Shown here one piece after another: positions 20,705 to 30,084 of a stretch of DNA of 64,000 bases. Position 1 is the stretch's first letter. The number at the start of each line of letters is the position of its first letter. Position numbers and translations under genes: made by a program. This DNA is from an uncultured bacterium (GTDB taxonomy: Bacteria; RBG-13-66-14; B26-G2; WVWN01): positions 423 through 64,422 of the forward strand of contig CAZLXP010000001.1 in assembly GCA_964563535.1 (NCBI GenBank). The letters are read 5' to 3'. The notes under the pieces are model-generated. The model was not told the origin of the DNA and ran no database searches. It saw only the letters and a program-made list of their open reading frames with translations.

Positions 20705-21676
20705 ATGAGAAACGTTTCTTGGATGGCGCTCGCGGCGGCGCTCGTCGCCGCGCCGGCCTTCGGCGATTGGGTCTACGAGGGCCAGTGGGGGTCGCGCGGG
20801 TCGGGTAACGGCCAGTTCAACACCCCGACGGGTGTAAGCGCCGCCGCGAGCGGTAACGTCTACGTCGCCGATTACAACAACTACCGCATACAATACTTCA
20901 CCGCCACCGGCTCCTACGTCGGCAAGTGGGGTTCGAAAGGTTCCGGTAATGGCCAGTTCGATGGCCCGTGGGGCGTCGCCGTCGCCCCCTCGAGCGGCAA
21001 CGTCTACGTCACGGATATCGGTAACAACCGCGTCCAATACTTCACCGCTACCGGCTCTTACCTCGGCCTGTGGGGCTCGTACGGCTCGGGAGACGGCCAG
21101 TTCAGATCCCCCTGCGGCGTCGCCGTCGCCCCCGGCGGCGACGTCTACGTCGCGGACCAGTCCAACAACCGAGTACAGTACTTTACCGCCACGGGTTCCT
21201 ACCTCGGCAAGTGGGGCTCGAACGGCTCCGGTAACGGGCAGTTCTATTGGCCTGCCGGCGTCGCCGTAACCCCCGATAACAAAGTATACGTCGCAGATAC
21301 GATGAACCACCGTGTCCAATACTTCACCGCGACGGGTTCCTACCTCGGCAAGTAGGGCTCTTTCGGCTCAGGCAACGGCCAGTTCGATTACCCGTACGGC
21401 GTCGCCGTAGCCCCCTCGAGCGGCGACGTCTACGTCGCCGAACAGGTCAACAACCGCGTCCAATACTTCACCTCTACCGGTTCCTACCTGGGTAAGTGGG
21501 GCTCGGGCGGCACGGGCAACGGCCAATTTGATTGGCCTTGCGGAGTATGTCTCAACGTCGGCGGCTCGCGTGTCTACGTCCCCGACCAAAGGAACCACCG
21601 CATCCAATATTTCAAGTGGGTCAATACGGCCGTAGCCCCCGCTTCCCTCGGCCGCGTGAAGGCGTTGTTTAAGTAA
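20705..21676 (+). pseudogene. NHL-repeat six-bladed beta-propeller protein (copy A). It is interrupted by an in-frame TAG at 21353-21355; the same frame continues to a TAA at 21674-21676.
   Basis: Signal peptide MRNVSWMALAAALVAAPAFG. Repeats of GSYLGKWGSxGSGNGQFxxPxGVAVAPxGNVYVADxxNHRIQYFT. At the stop, paralogues read YLGKWGS (TGG) where this copy reads YLGK*GS (TAG). The segment after the stop ends with the family tail WVNTAVAPASLGRVKALFK. Confidence 0.7.
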
Positions 21677-21747
21677 CGTGGGTGGCGCCGGGGAGAACCC
21701 TGCACCGCTCCGCTTTTTACGGCCGCGTAGGCCGTAGAGGAGGAACC

Positions 21748-22713
21748 ATGAGGAATTATATTTCAGCAACAGCGATCGTGATAACGCTCGCGTTGACCGC
21801 GCCCGCCGTCGGCGACTGGGTCTACGAGGGCAAGTGGGGCTCGCTGGGCTCGGGTAACAGCCAGTTTAACCAACCGGCCGGCGTCGCCGTCGCCCCCGCT
21901 AGCAATAACGTCTACGTAGCCGACCAGTATAACCACCGCATCCAATACTTCACCGCCACCGGCTCCTACCTCGGCCAGTGGGGTTCGTACGGCACGGGTA
22001 ACGGCCTGTTAAATCGCCCGTACGGCTTAGTCGTCGCCCCCGCGAGCGGCAACGTCTACGTCGCTGATTTCTACAACCACCGCGTCCAATACTTCACCGC
22101 CACCGGCTCCTACCTCGGCCAGTGGGGTTCGCGCGGCTCGGGTAACGGCCAGTTTAATTGGCCGATGGGCGTCGCGGTCGCCCCCGCGAGTGGCAACGTC
22201 TACGTCACCGATGGCGGCAACAACCGCATACAATATTTCACCGCCACCGGCTCCTACCTCGGGCAGTGGGGTAGTTCCCTTTTACCGGAATTAGGCGTCG
22301 TCGTCGCCCCCGCGAGCGGTAACGTCTACGTAGCGGATTTCCGGAACAACCGCGTCCAATACTTCACCGCCACCGGCTCCTACCTCGGCCAATGGGGCTC
22401 CGTCGGCACGGGTAACGGCCAGTTCAACGGCCCGGACGACGTAGACGTCGCCCCGGGGGGCGACGTCTACATCAGCGATTACGGCAACGACCGCATCCAA
22501 TACTTCACGGCGAGCGGCTCCTACCTCGGCAAGTGGGGCTCAAGCGGGTCGGGCAACGGCCAGTTCAACCGCCCCGTCGGAGTATGTTTCAACGTCGGCG
22601 GCACGCGCTTCTACGTCGCCGAAATGTCGGGCGCACGCATCCAATATTTCAAATGGGTCAACACAACCATTGCCCCCGCCTCCCTCGGCCGTGTGAAGGC
22701 ATTATTTAAATAA
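21748..22713 (+). CDS. Secreted NHL-repeat beta-propeller protein (copy B).
   Basis: GAGGAGGAA RBS. MRNYISATAIVITLALTAPAVGDWVYEGKWGS..., six NHL blades, C-terminus ...WVNTTIAPASLGRVKALFK. Confidence 0.8.
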   Translation: MRNYISATAIVITLALTAPAVGDWVYEGKWGSLGSGNSQFNQPAGVAVAPASNNVYVADQYNHRIQYFTATGSYLGQWGSYGTGNGLLNRPYGLVVAPASGNVYVADFYNHRVQYFTATGSYLGQWGSRGSGNGQFNWPMGVAVAPASGNVYVTDGGNNRIQYFTATGSYLGQWGSSLLPELGVVVAPASGNVYVADFRNNRVQYFTATGSYLGQWGSVGTGNGQFNGPDDVDVAPGGDVYISDYGNDRIQYFTASGSYLGKWGSSGSGNGQFNRPVGVCFNVGGTRFYVAEMSGARIQYFKWVNTTIAPASLGRVKALFK

Positions 22714-22732
22714 GGGCTACGCTGGAATTATT

Positions 22733-22759
22733 AAGGCGGCCGTCGGGCCGCCTTTTTTT
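22733..22759 (+). terminator. Rho-independent terminator after NHL copy B.
   Basis: The sequence aaGGCGGCCGtcggGCCGCCttttttt forms a GC stem with a T7 tract. Confidence 0.7.
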
Positions 22760-22862
22760 GGGTTAATTTTGTGTCACCCCCACCGCGAGTTGCGCTTAAC
22801 TGCCGGCAATAGCCCGTAACGTCCGGAGGGGCTTAACTCGTATAAAACACAGGCAGTTGCGC
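22760..22862 (+). repeat. About 100-bp repeat element, copy 1. It is the inverted partner of 24949-25042.
   Basis: gttaattttgtgtcacccccaccgcgagttgcgcttaactgccggcaatagcccgtaacgtccggaggggcttaactcgtataaaacacaggcagttgcgcg is about 85% identical to the reverse complement of 24949-25042. Both copies sit immediately 3' of a terminator. Confidence 0.65.
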
Positions 22863-23485
22863 GATTTTAGTTGCGGTTATTAGATTCGTCAAAAACGGCC
22901 GGTTTAAAATTTAATCTCCGCGCAACGTAGGGCATTCTCGCAAGCCTTTTTTTCTTGTATTCATTAGGCCCGGTTAAAAAGCCTCGGCTATTCCGTTTTT
23001 AACGCCCCTTTGGGGCCACCACGGGCCCCGCCCCCGGCGCGCGTCCTGGCCACACGCCCTCGTGCGTCCTGTGCCGTCCCGGGGCCGCCCGCCGCTCCGC
23101 CTCGGCCTCGTAGCTCCGGCCGTATTTTACCGTCTTATTCGGCGGGGGGCCCCCGCAACATCGCCGCCAGTAGTTGCGCCTCGCGCGTACCGGCCCGCGC
23201 CGCGATGACGTCTACCAGCAAGCTCCGTTTCACCTTCAACTGCGGCTGGCGTTCAACCACGCTATACGGTGGGCCGCCGCAACATTCGCCGGCTATGTCG
23301 TTTAGAAGTTTCTGCAGCCATAGGACGTCCCAAAACAGAAACCCGGCGACCTCGGATAGCGTATATTCGTCTCGCACCTCAACCTCCGCTGTAGTTTGCT
23401 CCCTGTCATTTTAGTCTACGATAATGTCCTTTAAGTTAGACAACGGTCGCGGCCACCTTCCGGGCGCCGGCGAGGTCGTTAAGGT

Positions 23486-24457
23486 TTATTTAAACAACGC
23501 CTTCACCCGGCCGAGGGAGGCGGGCGCAACGGCGTACTCCGTATCCTTGAAATATTGGACGCGGTCGTTAAGCTCGTCCGCTATATAAGCCCGGGGGCCC
23601 TTTACAGTTATACCCCCAGGTTTATTGAATTCGCCGTTACCCGTCCCGGACTTCCCCCACTTCCCGAGGAAGGACCCGGTAGCCGTGAAATACTGGACGC
23701 GGTGGTTGTTCAGGTCGGTCACGAGGACCGTTCCGTTCGGCAAAAAGGCCACGTCGCAGGGGCAATCGAACTCGCCGTCGCCGGTACCCTTCGAACCCCA
23801 CTTGCCCAGGAAGCTGCCCGCCCCCGTGAAGTATTGGACGCGGTGGTTCATAGAATCGGCTACGTAGACCTTACCGTCTAGTGAGAAACCTACGCCGTCG
23901 GGGTTATAGAATTCGCCGTCGCCGGAACCCAACGAGCCCCACTTGCCGAGGAAGGTTGCTTTCGAACCGCTCACCTTGAAGTATTGAATGCGATGGTTGC
24001 CGGTATCCGCTACGTAAATGTTACCGCCGGGCGCGACAGCTATACCCCGAGGGCCGTTGAATTCACCGTCGCCCGAACCCTGCGAGCCCCACCCGCCGAC
24101 GTACGAGCCGGTCTGGGTAAAGAACTGGACGCGATGGTTGCCCCGTTCGGTTACGTAGAGGTCGCCCCTAGACCCAGGGGCAACGCCCACCGGTTCGATA
24201 AACTGGCCGCTGCCGGTCCCAGGCGTACCCCATTTGCCCCTAAAGGACCCGTTTTCGCTGAAGTATTGGACGCGATGGTTAGTGGAATCGACGACGTAAA
24301 TTAAGCCGTTGGCGCCGACGGCGACGTCGGTGGGGATTTGGAATTCGCCATTACCCGTACCGCGCTTGCCCCATTGGCCTTCGTAGACCCAAGCTCCGTA
24401 GACCGCGGCGGCCGCCAGCGCCAAAACCGCAACCGTTAAAAATGCCCTGCGTTTCAT
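23486..24457 (-). CDS. Secreted NHL-repeat beta-propeller protein (copy C, the most divergent).
   Basis: MKRRAFLTVAVLALAAAAVYGAWVYEGQWGKRGTGNGEFQ...; six NHL blades; C-terminus ...YAVAPASLGRVKALFK. Confidence 0.8.
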   Translation of the reverse strand: MKRRAFLTVAVLALAAAAVYGAWVYEGQWGKRGTGNGEFQIPTDVAVGANGLIYVVDSTNHRVQYFSENGSFRGKWGTPGTGSGQFIEPVGVAPGSRGDLYVTERGNHRVQFFTQTGSYVGGWGSQGSGDGEFNGPRGIAVAPGGNIYVADTGNHRIQYFKVSGSKATFLGKWGSLGSGDGEFYNPDGVGFSLDGKVYVADSMNHRVQYFTGAGSFLGKWGSKGTGDGEFDCPCDVAFLPNGTVLVTDLNNHRVQYFTATGSFLGKWGKSGTGNGEFNKPGGITVKGPRAYIADELNDRVQYFKDTEYAVAPASLGRVKALFK

Positions 24458-24709
24458 TTCCCTCTCCTTTGACGTTAATGGTTACCCAGTATGATTCAAC
24501 CTTGTACCGCTTCTCAGGCGCCGCCTCGAAGCCGCTCTTCACCGAGCAGTACGGCCGGTTGTAGCGCCTCAAAAAAACTTTCCCGTCCCGGCGCCTGAGC
24601 GACGCGATGGTATTATACAACACGTCGTTCATTGGGACAACTCTTGTTTCGTTGTTCTTCGAGTCGACGACGCGGAGCTGGCGGCGCGTATAATATTTAA
24701 AGTGGTCTT

Positions 24710-24889
24710 ATGAAAATAACGGTTAAGTTGGTCCCGGCGGAGGAAGGCGGGTATACGGTGTATATCCCGGCGTTGCCCGGATGCATTAGCGAGGGCGATA
24801 CGCGCGAGGAGGCGCTGGCCAACATCAAGGAGGCGTTAGCGTTATACCTCGAGCCGGGGTGGCGGAACAGGCAGACGCAGCGGACTTAA
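24710..24889 (+). CDS. hicB: HicB-like (UPF0150) type II antitoxin, 59 aa. It is absent from the ORF track because it is under 60 aa.
   Basis: Manual translation: MKITVKLVPAEEGGYTVYIPALPGCISEGDTREEALANIKEALALYLEPGWRNRQTQRT. This matches the HicB/UPF0150 signature (YxAxxPxLPGCxxxGxTxEEAxxNxxEAxxL). A TATAAT-like -10 element lies at 24688-24693. No hicA partner was identified nearby. Confidence 0.7.
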   Translation: MKITVKLVPAEEGGYTVYIPALPGCISEGDTREEALANIKEALALYLEPGWRNRQTQRT

Positions 24890-24948
24890 AATCTTAAACG
24901 AGCCGTTTTCGACGAATCGAATAGGGGTAACGAAAATCGCGTAAAGAC

Positions 24949-25042
24949 CTGTGTTTTATGAGAGTTAAAGCGCTCCGGACATTACCGACTATTACTGGCA
25001 GTTCAGGGCAATTCGCGGTGGGTGTGACACAAAATTAACACA
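24949..25042 (-). repeat. About 100-bp repeat element, copy 2 (inverted relative to 22760-22862). A minus-strand terminator at 25043-25075 (AAAAAAGGCACGCTCGTCGGGCGCCTTTTTT) ends the 25094-25522 gene.
   Basis: See 22760-22862. The two copies bracket a 2.1-kb segment carrying ORF 23135-23377, NHL copy C and hicB. Confidence 0.65.
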
Positions 25043-25093
25043 AAAAAGGCGCCCGACGAGCGTGCCTTTTTTATTAAACTTCAACGACTACGA

Positions 25094-25522
25094 TCAGCTA
25101 CTAGGGGCCACGTGTCTTTCCGAAAAAGATTTAACCGCTCTAAGATCCGCCCTTATTTTTCTCCGATCGTCCCGGCGGGGAATCCAAGTCGGGTCGTACC
25201 TAGCGCCGCGGCCGTATTGGTATAACCTATCGTAAGCGATATAAACATCTTCCCCGTAATTCGCGTTGACTACCTCAAGCATTTTTCCATGCTTACCGTA
25301 CTTTAAACTCATAATACCCTCAATTAAACCATCTTTACAGAGACAAGCGTTAACGTAATGAAGGGCCGAATAGAAATATGATATGAATGCCCAGATTAAA
25401 TTACCCGCCCCTTCACATGTGTTTTCGCCAAATAGCCGGTCAGACTCGGCTCGGCGGTAATAATCATCGACTGAATATTTATTGGTTTCCGGCGACATAT
25501 AATTCCCGCCAAGCCGGACCAA
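25094..25522 (-). CDS. Hypothetical protein (142 aa). Last gene of a three-gene low-GC operon.
   Basis: The ORF is intact and its stop is followed by a strong terminator. GC is lower than the flanking DNA. No motif recognised. Confidence 0.4.
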   Translation of the reverse strand: MVRLGGNYMSPETNKYSVDDYYRRAESDRLFGENTCEGAGNLIWAFISYFYSALHYVNACLCKDGLIEGIMSLKYGKHGKMLEVVNANYGEDVYIAYDRLYQYGRGARYDPTWIPRRDDRRKIRADLRAVKSFSERHVAPSS

Positions 25523-25985
25523 TTAGCGAATAAGGATCCGCGTCTTCGTTTGGGTGGTATATAAAATCGTATTGGTAACGTAACTCGCCCCGTAATACTC
25601 TGAAAGCTCTTAAAATAGCGTCCTCATCATCGGGGTCCCAGTATTTAATAAATACCCAGATTTCGTTGTTAGCACCGCCTAATTTAAAAGCTTCAAATAC
25701 TTTATCTACGGATTTAATCGGGGCAAAATAATCCCGCGCGATTGCCGTTAAATCCGAGGCGAAAAGTTCGGGGCGGGTTTCTTTGATATCGACTATAACG
25801 GGTGTTCTAGTCTCGGGGGATATCGTAGCCAAACCCCAAAGCATTTGATCGTCGGGGCCGAGTAAGAAATAACCTCGCTTTAACATCCCTAATTGTGTAA
25901 GAACCGCCGATAACCGGTCCGCCGTTGGAGGATGCCTCGTATCTCCGGAAGGCGCTAGGATAACTTTTTGGATATTATTTTCCAT
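25479..25985 (-). CDS. Hypothetical protein (168 aa). Middle gene of the low-GC operon.
   Basis: Overlaps its neighbours by a few codons, suggesting translational coupling. No motif recognised. Confidence 0.4.
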   Translation of the reverse strand: MENNIQKVILAPSGDTRHPPTADRLSAVLTQLGMLKRGYFLLGPDDQMLWGLATISPETRTPVIVDIKETRPELFASDLTAIARDYFAPIKSVDKVFEAFKLGGANNEIWVFIKYWDPDDEDAILRAFRVLRGELRYQYDFIYHPNEDADPYSLIGPAWRELYVAGNQ

Positions 25986-26298
25986 TTTCCCTCTTTACTT
26001 GTTTTTCCTTATACTTACGATAATTCTCCGCTAAAGCGAAGATGAATTTTTCCATAAAAGCTGGGGTGCAAGCTATGCGGTATTTTATCCGAGCTTCGAT
26101 CGCACCTGCTTGTAATACGCGTTGTAAATCTTCGTCGTAAGGTTGAGGAATATCGCAAAAATCAACCGTAAATTCGTTTGGGCCATGGTTGACACGCGCG
26201 TAGTTAACATATTCCCGAGTTCGACCGTCCGGGTTTATCACCTTGATCGTAACGTCGGTTTCCTCAGGATCAGTCGGCTTGGCTGTTTCAGACACCAT
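25975..26298 (-). CDS. DUF3467-like small protein (107 aa). First gene of the low-GC operon.
   Basis: YVNYARVNHGPNEFTVDFCDIP...AIEARIKYRIACTPAFMEKFIFALAENYRKYKEK resembles the DUF3467 core (yaN.a.v.hs..EF.ldFg ... ak.L...L.e.l..YE). Confidence 0.45.
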   Translation of the reverse strand: MVSETAKPTDPEETDVTIKVINPDGRTREYVNYARVNHGPNEFTVDFCDIPQPYDEDLQRVLQAGAIEARIKYRIACTPAFMEKFIFALAENYRKYKEKQVKRENGK

Positions 26299-27155
26299 TA
26301 CTCCACCTCGGCGTTAAGACGCGAGGGTTAGCCCGGCTAACGTTTAATCGTGTATAGAATTCGGGGGAGAATACGCCCTTATTTTACTTAAATAGCCTTC
26401 GATTTTCAAGTATTTTTTTAGATGTAGAACCCCAACATCGCTACCCATTATAATAGGGTTATTCAATCGCGACACTCACCCCCGCAAACGCCGTCGCGCC
26501 TTCGATGCCGTAACCGCCCTTCATAATTTACCACATTACCAACCCTTGTGCAAGGTTTTTTGCCGTTTTTCAACCGTCAGGAAAACCTTTCGGCCCAAGG
26601 GCTTAATGCGCGTCTACGATCGCGTCGACGGCGCGCCACAGCTTTCCGAGGTCGGCGAGCGGTAACTCTGCGGCGTTGGCAAGATCACGGATCCTATACC
26701 CGAGGGCCTGTTCGCTCGAAAAGGCGAGGGTCTCGGCACGCTTTTCACGGGCGTAAAGCGTGCCGTCCGGAAAAAGGGCCCGAAGCTTAGCTCTTATGTT
26801 TTCAAGGAGCTCGTCGCGCTTCGGGCCTTCGTTATCCGCCATATTGCCACCGCCTTACTAATAACACGGTAACATGACCCGAGGCGCTAAGCTACTAAAA
26901 ATAGTACTAAGTCTTCCCCGCCATATACGTCTCGCCGGCGCGATCATGCTGTACGGACGCGTTCCAGGCGCCCCACCCGGCGTGGCCCTTGACGGTAAAG
27001 CCTTCGCCGTAGCCTCCCGCGACGCCCGGGCGCCGATGTTATAGCGTTTTTCGCGGCCCGGGTTAAGGCGCGGCGTCATTATTCTCCGGGGCGGCCATTT
27101 AAAAGTTGACACCGTTCCGCGGTTAAGTATATTATAGCGGCGAGGAGGAGGAGAT

Positions 27156-30035
27156 ATGGCGATACCCGAGATAGTCGAAACCCTTGTCGCGCGGTTCGCG
27201 AGGAACCGCGACCTCTATTGCGGGAGCGGTTACAAAGAGACCCAACTCCGCCGGGAGTTCCTCGACCCGTTCTTCGAGGCGCTGGGGTGGGACGTCGATA
27301 ACAAGCGCGGCGCGTCGCCGCTGTATCAGGACGTCGTTCACGAGTACGGCACAGACGTCGAGGGTTCTCAAAAGACCGCCGACTACGCCTTCCGCGTCGG
27401 CGAGAAAGTAAAGTTTTTCGCGGAGGCCAAAAAGCCCGGTACGCGCCTCAAAGACGACCCCACGCCGGCGCTTCAACTACGGCGCTATGCCTATTCCGCA
27501 AGTTTACCCCTTTCCATTTTAACGGACTTCGAAGAGTTCGCGGTGTACGACGGCCGCGTTCCGCCGAAGAAGGCCGACGCCGCCTCCCACGCCCGGGTCT
27601 TGTATTTTACCTACGACGAGTACCCGGAACGTTGGGAGGAGATCGCGGCCGTATTCTCGCGCGACGCCGTATGGCGCGGCGACTTCGACAAGTACGCCGA
27701 AAAAGCCGTCGGGGGAAAACACGAGCCGGTAGACAAGGCGTTCTTAAAACTCCTCGAGCGCTGGCGCGACGAGCTCGCCCGCAACGTCGCGAACCGGAAC
27801 CGCGAGAAGGAGCTGGACAAGTACGAACTGAGCGGGGCGGTACAGGCCATACTCGACCGGGTAATTTTCCTGCGGGTGGCGGAGGACCGGGGCATCGAGG
27901 GCCGCAGCCGCTTAGAGGCGCTGATGACCGGGGAGAACGTTTACGGCCGCCTGGTCGAGTTGTTCCTCGAGGCGGACGACGTTTACAACTCGGGGCTCTT
28001 TCACTTCCGCGAGGAGAAAGGGCGCGCCACCGCGCGCGACGAGCTCACGCTGACGCTGCACGTAGATGACGCCGTGTTGCGGAAAATCCTCCGGGAGCTA
28101 GCCGAAAGCCCCTACGAGTTCGGCGTCGTCCCGGTGGAAATACTCGGCCAGGTTTACGAGCAGTTCCTCGGCAAGACGATATGGCTCGACGGCCGCGGCG
28201 TCCACATCGACTACAAGGCGGAGGTCCGCAAGGCCAAGGGCGTTTATTACACGCCCCAATATATAGTGGAGTACATCGTCAAAAATACGGTGGGGGAGTT
28301 GTTGAAGGGATGCAAGACGCCGACGGAGGCCGCCAAGCTGAAAGTCCTCGACCCGGCCTGCGGCTCGGGCTCGTTCCTGCTGGGCGCGTATCAGCATCTA
28401 ATTAACTGGCACCTCGAGTGGTACGTCAACGACGGCCCGGCTAAGCACGAGGGCCGCCTCGTCGCGACCGCGGGGCCCGGGCCGGCTAGCTGGCGGCTCA
28501 CCGCCGCGGCTAAGAAAGACATACTCCTTAACAACATCTACGGCGTGGACATCGACCCGCAGGCGGTGGAGGTTACGAAGCTCTCGCTTCTCCTCAAGGC
28601 TTTGGAGGGCGAGAGCCGCGAGTCCGTCGGCGCGCAGACGAAGTTCCTGCGCGAGCGGATACTACCGGATTTGGGGGACAATATCAAGTGCGGCAACTCG
28701 CTCATAGGGTCCGACTATTTTGAGGGGGGACAGACATTAATGTCTGTCCCACCGGACGAAGAAGAACGCCGCCGCGTCAACCCGTTCGACTGGGAGGTGG
28801 AGTTCGAGGAGATAATGAAGGCGGGCGGCTTCGACGCGGTGATAGGCAACCCGCCGTGGGGTAGTACTTTTTCTGAAACCGAATTAGTTTACTTCCGGAA
28901 CGCTTTTAAAACGGCAACGGGTAAGGTAATAGATTCTTACGCGGTATTTATAGAAAAAGGGTTTTTAGTAACTAGCCATTCCGGCTTCATAAGCTACATT
29001 ACACCCGATACTTTTTTACAGAAGGACGATTATTACGTCCTTCGCGATTGGTTAACAGCAGAAGCTACAGTTTTAGATTTAATAGAAGCAGGGCCGTTAT
29101 TCCGTCAAGTACGGGATACGTGGGCCGCAGTTTGGGTTATTAAAAAAGACCGGCCTACTAAAAAACATATGATAAGTCGAAAACAAATTAGTAGGTTTAT
29201 TAAATCTGTCGAGGACCGCGGGGCGGAGTTCGAAAATGCGGATTTCGATACAATTGGGAATTTTTCGCAATATAAATGGCGAGAAGACCCAGATTTAATA
29301 TTAGGGTATTTACCTACGGGTGGGGCGCAAAATATTATTAAAAGAATGTGGCCCTATCCTAGGTTAGGCGAATTAGGTGATATGTATTCTATATCACGTG
29401 GCGAAGAAGGTAGTAAGTATCGGTTAAAAACGCATAAGAAGGGTAGCTATTTTATGGTGATACCGGAGAACGTCGAAAGATATTCCCTCGAACCCGGTAT
29501 AAGCGTAGTTAGTAATACTCTAACCCCTAATAAGATAAGTTCGGTTTATTCGAAACCCAAAATTTGGATTATTAGAATACAAAAAATGAGATGGTTGCAG
29601 AGATTGGTATGTACGTTAGATACCCGGGATAATTCGGCGGGCATGAAAACTCTACAATCGATAGTATCTAACGAGGGTGATACTAAGCGATTATTATATT
29701 TATTGGGCCTCATGAATTCGAAATTATTTAATTATTGGTGCGTTAATTATTTAAGCGATGATATGAACCAGGCGTATCTTTCAAAGTTACCGATCGCCGG
29801 ATTAGATCGTTCTAACCCCGCCGATGTCGCCCGGCACGACAAGATGGTGGCGTTGGTGGAGGAGATGCTCGCGTTGCACAAACGCGTCGCCGCCGCCAAA
29901 TCGGACGCCGACAAGCAACGCCTCCAGCGCGCCATCGACGTTACGGATAAGAAGATCGATACGTTGGTTTACGAGCTCTACGGTTTGACGGATGAGGAGG
30001 TCGAAGTAGTCGAGGGAACGCAAACGAAGGTATAA
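27156..30035 (+). CDS. Type IIG restriction-modification enzyme (fused PD-(D/E)xK endonuclease + gamma-class N6-adenine methyltransferase, Eco57I/MmeI-like).
   Basis: GGAGGAGGAG RBS. N-terminus YKETQLRREFLDPFFEALGWDVDNK with a D...EAK nuclease motif (TADYAF...FFAEAKKPG). Methyltransferase motif I LDPACGSGSFLLGA, then motif IV VIGNPPWGS. The C-terminal ~65 aa (DKMVALVEEMLALHKRVAAAKSDADKQRLQRAIDVTDKKIDTLVYELYGLTDEEVEVVEG) is the unit repeated downstream. Confidence 0.85.
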   Translation: MAIPEIVETLVARFARNRDLYCGSGYKETQLRREFLDPFFEALGWDVDNKRGASPLYQDVVHEYGTDVEGSQKTADYAFRVGEKVKFFAEAKKPGTRLKDDPTPALQLRRYAYSASLPLSILTDFEEFAVYDGRVPPKKADAASHARVLYFTYDEYPERWEEIAAVFSRDAVWRGDFDKYAEKAVGGKHEPVDKAFLKLLERWRDELARNVANRNREKELDKYELSGAVQAILDRVIFLRVAEDRGIEGRSRLEALMTGENVYGRLVELFLEADDVYNSGLFHFREEKGRATARDELTLTLHVDDAVLRKILRELAESPYEFGVVPVEILGQVYEQFLGKTIWLDGRGVHIDYKAEVRKAKGVYYTPQYIVEYIVKNTVGELLKGCKTPTEAAKLKVLDPACGSGSFLLGAYQHLINWHLEWYVNDGPAKHEGRLVATAGPGPASWRLTAAAKKDILLNNIYGVDIDPQAVEVTKLSLLLKALEGESRESVGAQTKFLRERILPDLGDNIKCGNSLIGSDYFEGGQTLMSVPPDEEERRRVNPFDWEVEFEEIMKAGGFDAVIGNPPWGSTFSETELVYFRNAFKTATGKVIDSYAVFIEKGFLVTSHSGFISYITPDTFLQKDDYYVLRDWLTAEATVLDLIEAGPLFRQVRDTWAAVWVIKKDRPTKKHMISRKQISRFIKSVEDRGAEFENADFDTIGNFSQYKWREDPDLILGYLPTGGAQNIIKRMWPYPRLGELGDMYSISRGEEGSKYRLKTHKKGSYFMVIPENVERYSLEPGISVVSNTLTPNKISSVYSKPKIWIIRIQKMRWLQRLVCTLDTRDNSAGMKTLQSIVSNEGDTKRLLYLLGLMNSKLFNYWCVNYLSDDMNQAYLSKLPIAGLDRSNPADVARHDKMVALVEEMLALHKRVAAAKSDADKQRLQRAIDVTDKKIDTLVYELYGLTDEEVEVVEGTQTKV

Positions 30036-30084
30036 AGACCGTACCGGTAAATAATAAACTGGAAATAACGAAACGAGGTATGAG

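Noticed and set aside
20684-21319. Long antisense ORFs inside NHL genes (20684-21319, 21368-21769, 23555-23881, 36647-37405, 38575-39018 and similar).
   Set aside because: They run opposite to genes with clear signal peptides, repeats and conserved ends. They are Gly/Asp/Val/Arg-rich mirror translations typical of high-GC DNA, with no RBS and no domain signatures.
23135-23377. 80-aa ORF (MRDEYTLSEVAGFLFWDVLW...) as an excisionase/MerR-like HTH gene within the inverted-repeat-bounded segment.
   Set aside because: Only a vague resemblance to HTH starts and no clear RBS. It lies in a very GC-rich stretch with competing frames. Kept as a note only.
24351-24632. Minus-strand ORF upstream of hicB, considered as a hicA toxin.
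   Set aside because: It overlaps the 5' end of NHL copy C and lacks HicA features (no GSH...G motif or dsRBD-like pattern). Orientation is divergent rather than the usual hicA-hicB tandem.
26603-27112. Small minus-strand ORFs (26603-26842, 26858-27112) upstream of the type IIG gene, considered as a C-protein-like controller.
   Set aside because: No helix-turn-helix pattern and no conserved motif. The second is low-complexity Pro/Arg-rich. Coding status is unsupported.
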